A DNA stretch of 64,000 nt, from contig CM120641.1 in the NCBI GenBank assembly GCA_051362555.1, positions 29,394,401 to 29,458,400 on the forward strand, read 5' to 3'. A program made the translations under genes and the position numbers. The notes under the pieces are model-generated. The model saw only the letters and a list, made by a program, of their open reading frames with translations, made no database searches and had not been told where the DNA came from. The stretch comes from Lingula anatina (taxonomy: Eukaryota > Animalia > Brachiopoda). Positions 11,812 to 22,696 of the stretch are shown here, in pieces. Numbering within the stretch: the stretch's first letter is position 1; each line of letters starts with the position of its first letter.

Positions 11812-12996
11812 TTACGCTGGAATTCACTGTGAGATCATCCGTGGGTACTCGAAGGGTTCTGGCTACAAGGCTGGTCGTAAAATGTCCAGGCGCTTCAGAA
11901 ATTCCTGGACAGCGGTCTGCGTGGACGGGTCTTGGCACTTCATCAACTGCCAATGGGGTGCACGATTCACCAGGGGGAAACACTTTGAGGACGAACTAGG
12001 TCAAGGTCAGATCACATCACCAGGTCAAGGTCAGGGGAATGTCATCAACGAAGAGCTTCAGTATCGGTGTGAGGAGTTTTATTTTCTCACAGACCCCGAA
12101 GATCATATTTTTGAACATTTTCCAGACGACAAAAAGTGGCAGCTAATGGAGCCTGCCATTTCCATGGAGGAATTTATTAGACTCCCGGTGGTAAAGGCGC
12201 CATTTTTTAACAAAGGCCTGCGCTTCGCAACCCGGTACATATCGATTCTATGGACGCACTCCGGCAGGGCTGAGGTGAGAATAGGAGTGCCGAATGCCAG
12301 TCGGGCAGACTTTGCCGCTAAAATTGACCCACACCACCCCCCGTCTGCAGCTAGTCGAGAATCGGTGACAGGAAGCGTTCTTTGTCGAAGAATCGACAAC
12401 GAGGTTCTTTTCACTGCCAAAGTCCCACAACCAGGCATATACTTTTTGAAAATATTCGTAGCAGACGATCCTTCGACAACCATTGAGTGCGCATGCGTGT
12501 TTCAGATTAACTGTACTGACGTCGACAGATCTTCTAGCAGACGTCATTATCCAAATGTACAAATTTTGGGCGCCACTGCACATGCCAAGGACTTGGGCAT
12601 TTCTCCTGTAGCTCGTTTTGACCCATACGTTGTACATGACAAAGAAAGTGATTATTGTTTTCGAATACTTACAAAAAGAAACTGCCGAATTTCGCATACT
12701 TTCGTATATTTTGGGAAATCGGTGTCGTCCGCTCTGGAGAACACTCAGTTCGCCATGATCTACGAAAAAGACCCAGATCACGTGGGATTCAGATTAAGAA
12801 TGATAAAAAACGGATTTTACATGCTTTCTGTTTTCGCTGCGGAATTAGACTTGAATGTATCCCAAATCTCAGTTTCGCAGTCGGCAGTGGAAGACCAATT
12901 TGAGTGTGTTTACCGCGTGCTTGTTCGCTGCTCTGTGTCGTCTATGGAACAATGCCCCTTGCCCATCGCGTTAGGGCGCTGGGATGTAGGGGTTTT
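11812..12996 (+). CDS. Hillarin/KY-like gene last exon, part 1 (up to the MITE)
   Basis: Encodes SYAGIHCEIIRGYSKG...FRNSWTAV..DGSWHFINCQWGAR...EFYFLTDPEDHIFEHFPDDKKWQL, all KY/hillarin family motifs. Confidence 0.92.
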
Positions 12997-13996
12997 GGTC
13001 AGCACTAGATCATATACGGCAGCGGGACGGAAGTGAGTAATCCAACATGGCGGTCCCTAGCGACGAGATGCTAAGGCTGACGGTCGAATGTTGTAGTGCC
13101 GATCAAAACACAGTTCAATTGTTTTTTTTAATCGTATAATAACTAGGAATATAGCATATAATTTTTATTTACTTTTTAATTTATCTTTTTATTTTTTAAT
13201 CGTATTATACCTGGGATTTTGTAAACTTTGCGATTTAAATAAAGTAGATGAGTTCCATCTCCTGCTAGAGTGCAAAGCATACATGTATGATTCAATACGT
13301 GAGGGCAGCTGTCAGAGTTCCTACCCCTAGGCGACTTCAGCTTTAATGAACTGTATAATTTTCTTATGGGTGCTCAAGACTTAAATATTCTTAGAATGGT
13401 TATGCGTTTTGTAAATAGAGTAGATGCTTCCAACAATGGGAACAAACTCTCTCTTATCGCCTGTAGATTATCATTACACATTTTATATATATCACTTTAT
13501 AAACTCATTTATTAGTATTATTATACATTTATCTAATTGGGTCTAAATGCGTTTCCACGTCCTGCAAATTTACGTATCTGTAGCTGGAGTTGTCTGTTTT
13601 ACCTCTATGATTGTACTTTGGCCCATTTTTAAACACGTATTCATCTATATCGCATCAAAATCATATGTATATTTATTCATTTACTTGTTTGTACTCTGCT
13701 ATAGTTAGATGTACTGTCTTTGATTGTACCTTATTTGTGAAGGTGTATCAATAAAGAATCCCTAGGGATATAGCATACATGTATATTTTCCTAGATATTT
13801 TGCTGTAAAACTACATCCTATAAATGTCTCGGCGGCGCCACTCGGAACTACTCGAATGTCTCCGCACTCGACAATAAGTATGGTTAGTATGGAGCTTGCG
13901 GAATGAGCCGAGGATTGCCGATTGCGGCGGCGCTGGGGGCCGCCATGTTGGATTACTCACTTCCGTCCCGCTGCCGTATATGATCTAGTGCTGACC
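12997..13996. mobile_element. 1000-bp MITE with perfect 57-bp TIRs, inserted in a coding exon
   Basis: TIRs at 12997-13053 and 13940-13996 (GGTCAGCACTAGATC...). Flanks are GGTTTT and GGTTCT. An internal VDEFHLLLECKAY-type LINE 3' remnant lies at ~13244-13300. Confidence 0.9.
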
Positions 13997-14243
13997 GGTT
14001 CTCCATCACCCTTTCACGGGGGTCCTTGACGCCGGAAGCCTGATTAGTTTCAAACTTCAGGTTCCAGGAGCGCTGCAGGTCTCCGCCATGGTGAACCGGA
14101 AATGGCAACCGTTGCCTAGCGACGGGGACACGTGGGATGGAACAGTTTATACAGGAGAAGGTCCCGGGAAGTTGAAATTGTGCGCCAAGTATGACGAATC
14201 AAGGGGGAAATATATCCCTCTGTTTGAGTACACCGTAATCTAG
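13997..14243 (+). CDS. Hillarin/KY-like gene last exon, part 2 (C-terminus, cut off by the MITE)
   Basis: Encodes VLHHPFTGVL...FKLQVPGALQV...KW...WDGTV...YIPLFEYTVI*, a canonical KY-family C-terminal pattern; in frame with part 1 when the MITE is removed. Confidence 0.85.
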
Positions 14244-14837
14244 CTGAAAGATGGTAGAATAAGACCGTTCAATTTAAAACGTTTTTATAATAAAATGTTG
14301 TGAAGTCAACCCGTCCCAATGCACCAGATCCCCTTACAATACACGGCTAAGGGCAGATCCAGAGATATATTTCAGTCAGTCTTCTAAATTTATCTTTGAT
14401 TCATCCTTCACCTTTGACCGCCTTTCGACAGGAAAAATTAGATATCCGTTAAAGTAAACGTGAAACATGTATAAGTACTCTTCCCAGAAGTCAATCCACT
14501 TACGTCACGGTAACCCCAAGCTGTATGAATCTAATGGAGGACGGACTCTGTTACAACCAATATTAGGGATTATTCCCATAGATGTCATCGGTCTACAATG
14601 TACGTAGATCGAACTTAATCTGTAGGGACTCTCGCTGAGTGCCATCAGCTTAACTGAATCACATGCTTCCTCTTATTTCCATCGTACGCGTACAGTCACC
14701 AGCTTTTCTGTTTTCAACTAAACGCCTATAAGAGACGTGTTAATCTGTAAAACTGATTGATTTTTGCGAGATTCCCCGCGGAGTTGGATCGATCTCCGTA
14801 GACCAATTGTGTCTGTGGGAATGCGCTCTTGGGCTGT

Positions 14838-15420
14838 ATTCCAAGAGCTTTTAGATAGGTCTATCCCCGCTGGGAGTCTTACTAGATTACTGTCAGATAA
14901 TCTGACTTAAATGTCCGTCCCGCCTACTACAAGCTGTAAGGAGATAATTAAATTTCGTGTCCGCCCGGCTGACAGCTATTTAGCGTGAACCCCCAGGGAG
15001 TTAGGTCGATCTAAAGTAGATCGATCTAATCTCTGGAAATGGGGTGTTGGTTTCATCAGAAGGGTATGAACTGAAAGGGTGGAAAGGAGAATACCGGGGG
15101 GGGGGGGGAGGGGCAGTTGATTACTCATCATGCTAAAAGTTTTATTTATCAAATGGTTTTGTGAAAGGAAAACTACTGTCATTGCTCACTTTCGTTGAAG
15201 CCTTACACCCCATTTCCATAGATTTTTAGATCGATCTATCCCTGAGTCTCACTAGATTACTGTCAGCTTGGCCGGCTTAAGCGTCTGTCCCGACTACTAA
15301 AAGCTGTAAGGGGGTAATTAACTATGGTGCCCGCTCGGCTGACTGCAATTTAGCGTGAACCCCCAGGGAGTTAGGTCGATCTAAAATTTAATATTTAGAT
15401 CGATCTAAATCTCTGGGAAA
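14838..15420. repeat. Two tandem ~360-bp units with inverted ends (MITE-like)
   Basis: actagattactgtcag and tttagcgtgaacccccagggagttaggtcgatctaaa each occur twice. Confidence 0.7.
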
Positions 15421-16789
15421 GCACCCTTACTCTCTGTAGAAGACTCATATTATGCGTTTATGACAGCAAATGAGTAATATGTTAAAGGCAGTTTTTAGAT
15501 ACCGAAAATGTTGCTAAGATCGCACTTTGTATCTGGTATGAAGCCCTTCTACATTTAGAATAGATTGTCTTTTTTAATTTTAATGTTTTTTTTTTTTTAT
15601 TTGGGGGGGGGGGGTCTCTATAGTTTTAACTCACGATGATGACTCTGGAATTCGGACATTGCCTTTATATGCCTGCAAGTACTTTTATTTGAGTATATTG
15701 AATTTATTTGCTTATTATGCAATAAAAAAATATAGGTCAGATAGTTTTTACTTTTGAACCATGACTTTGAACTGAGAAGAGGGGATGGAACCTAATGCAT
15801 GGTTATATAAAAATAAAAATAAACAGAAATCAACATCAACTGCAAAGGAGTAAAAAAATTAAAAAACAAGTTCCATCAGGGAAAATAAAGGCAACCCGGT
15901 ATTCAAAAAATAGTCCACAACACCTTTGAACTCCTCAACCTCGGATACAAAATACTAATGTGTCCGAGCCTCAACTTAACCAAAATGGCCCTCATGTGTC
16001 CCAAATCTTTTGATGTAAAGACACCCTGAAGTTCACCGTTTATATTATAGTTCGTTAGTTTTAAAATGACAAGTTTGGCCAAAGTGGGTAATACTCCCTA
16101 GACCGCCAACCTCAGCCTCAGATACTTTGACTTCAAGGAGACGCCACCCACCCCTTTTCCTTGTGCTCCCAATAAGCATTAATACTGATGGGGAGATAGC
16201 TACCCGTATCACTCATTTTTCAATCCAATCATTAATGTGCAAGTTGAAAGGATTAATACCCCATCTCAGCCCTTCCCACAAAACTGGCGCCGTTGTCACT
16301 CATCCTTACATGTCAATGAAACAAAATTGCTAATACTCGAGTTTTATTTATCATTAAATATGCTTTATTCATACTTTCTACACCAGGCTGAACTGGTGAA
16401 AATGTACAAAGATAAAAAGTAATAGTAATAGTAATAAATAAATAAATAAATAAAATGAAATAAAGAAAGATAGAAAATTACATATATAGCAATGCTTCGT
16501 TATTACACATACATATCCAGTATTTCATGATGATAAGCTAGGTGCGGTCTTAATGCCGAGTCAACTGCTCACAGCACTGGTCATACGCTAGCATCACTCT
16601 ATAAGTATTGTATTCATGGCTAAGATCTAGAAATTAATTATTCACGAGCCTGTTTTCTACTTTGTGAAATGAACCTGAACATTTGCAGTAATCATTTATA
16701 GCCATAGACATCACTAAGTGGAAGATGCAGCACAGTTTCTTTTCACAAAAGCGAGGTTAAGGAATGTGGCCAAAGATATATTATCACTG

Positions 16790-17790
16790 TCTTGTTTGGG
16801 TTGTTCATTATGATGGTGAATTTATCTTTGTTGTTTAAATGTGTAAAGCATGTTTGGCCACTTTGAACTATTTAAAAGAGTTCCTTTCTGTATTCAGTAT
16901 ACAGAGAACGGGTAATTAAAAAGTGCTCTGAATCCTCTATAACTCCAGTGCGGAAAATTCGACATTTTCTTTTTTCATCTGGTGTTGGTTAACCATTGAC
17001 ATGGCGATCTGTTTCAATGTGCAAATGGTGGTTGCTGATTCTAAATTTGGTTAGTTTGTGTCGTAATTCTTTATCTTGAATTATATCAAGGTATTTTTCT
17101 TTCCCAAAATAAAGTTTTAAAGTTTTATATGTTTTCAGCTTGAGATTTTCTTGTGATACCTTACCATGCCAAAGTTTTATACTACTGTCTCTAAGTCTAA
17201 CACTAAAATTCTTCATGAACTTTTTGTCCGTTTTCTCTTTGAACCATACATGCCCAAAACTAATTTCTACAAGAATATTCTTCACTCTTTCACATCATGG
17301 CATAGTATGTTTTGTGTTATGAAGGCTAGTGTTTGAAAGAAGATCAAAGTGTTTTAATTCATCTAGGTATGACTGTTTAAGTTGAACACCGTCATCTTAT
17401 TATAAAATACTGACCCAGTATTTAATTACTTGTATTTAAATTTTTGTATAGCTTAGCAGACGATCCCCGAAGGGCATAATTACTAGATTTAGAATGCACC
17501 CCAAAAGGTGCTTGCGAATTTGGAGGTGTTTTTAGTCTATTGGGGACTTATCATTAAATGGAGTGAAACCCCATATTACTGCTCCGTATGCTATAACTTG
17601 GAAAATCATTGTTTCATAAAGTTTTTTTTTTTTTTCTTTTAAGGAGGATTGGTATTAGCTTGACTGAAGAAGGCTTTATATGTACATTTTGTTGTGCAGG
17701 GGCTAGTGTGCCAGACCTTGTGAAAAGGAGACCTAGTTATAGGTAGCTTGTTACTACTTATTCCAACTGGTTATGAAAGTAAAAAATAAA
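16790..17790 (-). mobile_element. Degraded non-LTR retrotransposon ORF2 3' fragment
   Basis: KLKTYKTLK...EKYLDII...LTKFRISNHHLHIETDRH followed by an IEDSEHFL zinc-knuckle remnant; frameshifted. Confidence 0.8.
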
Positions 17791-18686
17791 TCTCTATTTC
17801 CAACAGTGTGACCATGTATTTTTTTCCTTAACATTAAAAATAACAACTTTCAGTGTGTCTCACGTTTAAACTTCTCTAAATTTTGGGAATGAATTTATTT
17901 CAGGGAATGAATTTATTTCAAAGAAATAATGGAAGGTATTGCTTCTTTTGACAAAACATCTTTATTGATCTAAAACCGCATATAAGTAATTTCCACTGAA
18001 ACCAGTTTTGGTAGGCTCCTTTAATTTGTTTTTCATTAATGGAGCATGTCATTTTTTCAATTCAAGCCGTGTGAAATCCGCTCCCTTCCTCTTCTTGCTG
18101 AGTTGTGCGTCATTCTGCTGGGGACGAGAAAAAACACGATCATATTTCAACTTTAATTTCAGGCCTGCAAATCTTTAAGGTCAAATAATAAAACCAAATT
18201 GTTTATATCTTGGAATTTTAGATAATTTTCTCTGAAACGTCAAAGACTACCTCCGTTGTCAAGTTTCCAGATTTTCAATTTACCTTTACACAACGTAGGG
18301 GCATTTCCAATGAAACTGTCGGTCTACGTAGATCGATCCAACTCCGCAGGGGGTCTCGCTGAATGAAAGCAGATCAACAGCTTATCACGCCTCCTCCCGG
18401 CGCCGAGCAGAACAGAAAAGCTGGGGATTCTACGACCACGTTGAAAACAAGAGTGGGCGTGTTCATTTGTTGACCTGATTGCATTCACCTTGAGTCCCCG
18501 CAAAGCTGGATCGATGTGCGTAGAACGATAGTCTCATTAGGAATGAACCCATAGTGACGGGTGCAACGTAGTAGCGTATCAAATGTTAGAGACAATTGTC
18601 TAGATCCACCCAGATGGGGCGTGTCAACCGAAAGGAATTTCAAACCTGTCATCTATCGAAACGCCCACGGGAAGAGCACAGAGTTC

Positions 18687-18695
18687 TATATAAAC
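18687..18695 (+). promoter_or_regulatory. TATA box of the secreted-protein gene
   Basis: CTATATAAA lies ~115 nt upstream of the ATG at 18805, with an Inr-like GCAGTT ~20 nt downstream. Confidence 0.55.
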
Positions 18696-18804
18696 CGACG
18701 GCAACGCAGTTTTGAAGTTATTGCAAACGTTCAAGTTTGAGACGCAAAATTCCACTCACGGAGAACATCAGTCGACAGTAAGGAGAAGAAAGAAGTTTAC
18801 GAAA

Positions 18805-18886
18805 ATGAACAACTTCGTCAAGCTGTTTGTTGTCTTCGTTCTGGGCTTGAACCTGTTTCACCGTGGCGATATGTTACAGTTAGCAG
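18805..18886 (+). CDS. Secreted 165-aa protein, exon 1 (signal peptide)
   Basis: Encodes MNNFVKLFVVFVLGLNLFHRGDMLQLA, then a phase-1 donor CAG|GTATTT. Confidence 0.75.
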
Positions 18887-20399
18887 GTATTTGGTATTGT
18901 ACTCCCATTGTCGTTATTCTCAATTGCTGGTAACCGAAAATGCTGCCATTTTGTACTTGTGCTCTTACTGTGTTTGTAGATTTGTTATTTAAATGATCTG
19001 CCTTAAAGTACATGAACAAAACGCTTAAATTGACAAGATGCAATGGCGCAAGCTAGCGCGATACCTTTAGTTGTGACTTTCAGGAACGTTTTCTCAAACT
19101 CCCGCGATAACACTACAAGGACAGGTAGACATGAGGGGGGAGTTTTACCAGTTCCGCCTTTTTTGAGCGCACGCAAAAGCCAAGAAAACATTTACCACGA
19201 ATGAAGTAAGGTGGATGGGGGGGGGGGGGGGGGGGGGGCGACATTTCTGCCGATAAGACGTTGTGGTCATGCAGAAAAATATTGGTTTGTCGGTTGAAAA
19301 GTGAGCGCGTTCAAAACCCCAACTGTCATTAATTTTGCCTAACATCCTCCGTGTGGCTTCCTTGAAAATAGAGGCGTTGTTGCCGCGGATCTCAGCGACT
19401 GTAGCACATATTTAAACCTTGGTCAAAACTGGGCGCACGAATTTTACGATCGCACATCCCAGCGAAATTTGGGTACAGTAGAATCCGTGGAATTCGTAGG
19501 GGTAGATGGAATTTTGCAATGGAAAGCCGCAAGTCTGCCTTGCGAGTCGCTGGGGCCACGTGTGGTGCCCTTTCAAGAAGGGGCGCTAACTGTAAGGTGC
19601 TACCGCTATGGGAATGATACTAATGTTTTGAGTTTGTTTTGCGGTCTGCGTACGAGGCACGCACTCACCACCTACGAAGAAAATGCAACGCACGGCGAAA
19701 GTAGCGCCCTTTTGCGTCACTTTTGCTTCATACTTGTGATGACGTAGTGGCAGCGCACGTCAGTTTTGCCTTTTGTTCTCCCCTTCCAACTTCCTCCTCC
19801 CTTCTTTTCCGCTCTGTAAGCTATTTTCCCTTGCCTTTTGTAGGCATATTGGAAGCTGAATTTAGAAAAAATCAACATTTTTGAAAATTGTAGTGCACGT
19901 TGCACACTCGACGTTTATTGGCGAAACACGAGCGTGTGTCTTGAGCACTCAGTGCGTTCGAATTTTTTCTTAAGTTGTGACGCTTACACCTTATTCAACA
20001 CGCAAATGGCACTTGCTCCTTTACTGCTTGTGACGTGCCTCTTGGACCATTTACTCTCACTAACGAACCTCCCTTAAAACTCCGTTCTAGGGGAGCAAGT
20101 TACACTTGCGGCCTCGCAGATAATTGGCAGTTATTTGGACATGTCCAACATCTTCCGTACGTGCTTACGGGCTGTCTGCGAACTCGAAATTTCGTAAGAA
20201 GGACTTGCGCGGGACGTGAGATTCTACGCAAAATTTGGAAGCAAACAGGACGCAAGAGCCCAAACGGCCGGTTGCGACCGTGGCTTAAAAGTCAGTATAA
20301 GCAAACACACAATTTTAAATCCATGCAAGTGAATTGCAATAAGTTTTAGATTTCTTTACTTTTGTTTTGCCTCCAAAAACCACAAAAGGCGAAATGGAA

Positions 20400-20652
20400 G
20401 AACAACCCAAGGTTGAACCATTATCACGATCAAGTTTTGAAGGGAAGTCCAACGAATAAATGCCCCTTAGAGAACTGTGCAGTTTCACTGGCTCGAGTGT
20501 TGTGTCCATGTGAGTTGTGTGTGTGTGTGTGTGTGTGTGTTTGTTTGTTTTTGTGTGTGTGTGTGTGTGTGTGTTTGGCTGTGTGTGTTTGTGTGTGTAC
20601 GTGTGTGTGTGTGTGTGTCCGTGTGTGTGTGTACGTGTGTGTGTGTGTGTCC

Positions 20653-20704
<52 letters not shown>

Positions 20705-20790
20705 CCGTGTGTGTCCGTGTGTGTGTGTATGTGTGTGTATGTGTGTGTCTGTGTGTCCATGTGTCTGTGTGTTTGTTACTCTTGATAAGT
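20400..20790. repeat. (GT)n microsatellite within a repeat (also ~37248-37520)
   Basis: Long imperfect GT tract; source of the spurious VC/HT ORFs. Confidence 0.9.
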
Positions 20791-20989
20791 GGTTTCCACA
20801 GAAGGTCATAGACTTGGTGACTTACAATTCTTTAGAACTCATTCAGAACAGAGGACTAACAGATCCGCGGATCAAATATGGCCTACCCACTTAAATGTTT
20901 GTTGCGTAATTCCCGAATGACTCTATTCATTGTCTTATCCAAAACTAAAGGGCAAGCTTTTTAGTGGGTCGCCATATTGGATCACATTT

Positions 20990-21260
20990 GGCCCCATTCA
21001 GAATGAATGATTCGAGTACTAACTGATCCGCCGACTACATATGGCAGACCACACTTCAAAAGAGATTATGGTCTCCCCGCCTCCACACGCGCCATTTAAC
21101 GGATTAAATTGCGGCTCCGAGGTTTAATTGCTAGGCCCCTGCAGCGACGGCGTGTGTTGAGGCGGGGAGACCATCGAGAATCTTTTTTGAAGTGTGGTCA
21201 GCCATATTTCGTCGGCGAATTAGTTAGTTCCAGATGATCCATTCTGAATGAGACCATTTA
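20990..21260. repeat. Palindromic MITE-like element in an intron (also ~38125-38390)
   Basis: atatggcagaccacacttcaaaa...ggtctccccgcctc is inverted against gaggcggggagacc...ttttgaagtgtggtcagccatat. Confidence 0.7.
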
Positions 21261-21794
21261 GTACAGGGTACTAACTTGTCCGATGGTGGAATATGACACC
21301 ACTTCATTTAGTTTCTATTAACAGATTAGACGGCAAGCTTTGTAGTGGGCACGCCATATCTGATCTGCGGACTAGTTAGTCCCCAATCCTGAATGAGGTC
21401 TTATTTTTAATAGTTTTCATTGGAATATTCTATTGCAGACAGTGGCAGTTCATCCAGTAGCTGCATGCAACTAACACTAATGATAAAAAAGTTTAAACTC
21501 CATTAACACGCATTTATATTTTAGCAAAGGAGAGAGTGGAAAAAAGTGGTTTTCGTTAAGTGCAATCAGCTTAAGTGAGTGACACGCCTCATCTTGTTTC
21601 CAACATACTCGTATAATTGGCAGCTTTTCTGTATTCTACTTTACGCCATGGGAGGCTTGTCATTCAGTTAAACTGATTGCAGTCAGCGAGAGTCCCCGCA
21701 GAGTTTGGTCGATCCACGCAGACCAGTGGTGTTTTGATGGGAAAATGGCCTCAATGATTTTTTGCAATTAACGTTTATACTTTTTTGACCCTAG

Positions 21795-21917
21795 GTTCAA
21801 GACGAGTGAACACTCGGTCCTCATGTCTGAATGCCCCAGGCCTCCTGACATGCTGGAATTCTGAGCTGCAATGGCTCTTTCGGTCCACACTGATCTGTGC
21901 CACCGAGTCCAATGAAG
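21795..21917 (+). CDS. Secreted 165-aa protein, exon 2
   Basis: ctag|...|gtactc, 123 nt, phase 1-1. The three differences from the duplicate exon are all synonymous. Confidence 0.75.
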
Positions 21918-22403
21918 GTACTCTCTCTCTCTCTCTCTCTCTCACTCTCTCTCTCTCTCGTATTTGCTTAAGCTTCCTCTACCTGTCTGTACGTATTTTC
22001 TGTGGTCCCATCTCTCTTTCCCTCTCTCTCTCTGTGTGGGTGTGTGTGTGTTTGCGTATTTTCTTTGCCCCCATCTCTCCCCATCAGAGTAATTTACAGT
22101 AATGCAAAAAGTAAGTGTACATTGGCTCTTCCCTCTGTTCCCCCTTTTCTTTCTTTTCATTGATTTAAATAATAAATACTGAATGAAAATCATGAGTACT
22201 TAACAACCGAGCCCACGCAATTGTACATGTGATTACACTATTTTGTTTTTGCCCGGAAGTCTACTAGTTTACTAATGATATATTTTCACTTTTTTTTTTT
22301 TTGCAAAGTGTTAATTATGCCAGTTCTAAGAGTTCTGAAATTTATGGAATGTGCATAATTATTTATTATAATTGATCAATTAATTCATTCCGTTTGCATT
22401 CAG

Positions 22404-22696
22404 ATCCCGCCAGAAACGGACGGTATACATTTGACGTCATTCGTCTCGGACCGCAGCCAAGCACCAGAAGCCTAAGACGTGTGTATTTGTTCGTTCCAAC
22501 CGGCAGCGCAGAAATGTGCCCAGTTCTGAAAGTCACCAACGAAGACACCGGCATGGCCGCCATCTATCGCCAGTGTGGCCCGACCTGTCTGCATTACGAC
22601 ATCACCAACCTCGTACCCACTCTCGGCAGATACCAACTGGATATCCAGTTCACCGGGCGTATGCTCTACCACCCTTTCATTGCCTTTCTCATGTAA
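22404..22696 (+). CDS. Secreted 165-aa protein, exon 3 (possible TGF-beta-prodomain-like beta domain)
   Basis: ttcag|AT gives a phase-1 join; encodes YTFDV...RVYLFV...LHYDITNLV...LDIQF...HPFIAFLM*. Confidence 0.8.

Noticed and set aside
13980-13996. Clean intron-like removal of the MITE using the AG at 13987-13988
   Set aside because: In the hillarin frame the retained bases read TGC TGA, a stop.
20315-20894. His/Thr- or Cys/Val-rich proteins (also 37260-37686) and Ser/Leu or Arg/Glu ORFs at 39050-39443
   Set aside because: These are translations of (GT)n and (TC)n microsatellites.
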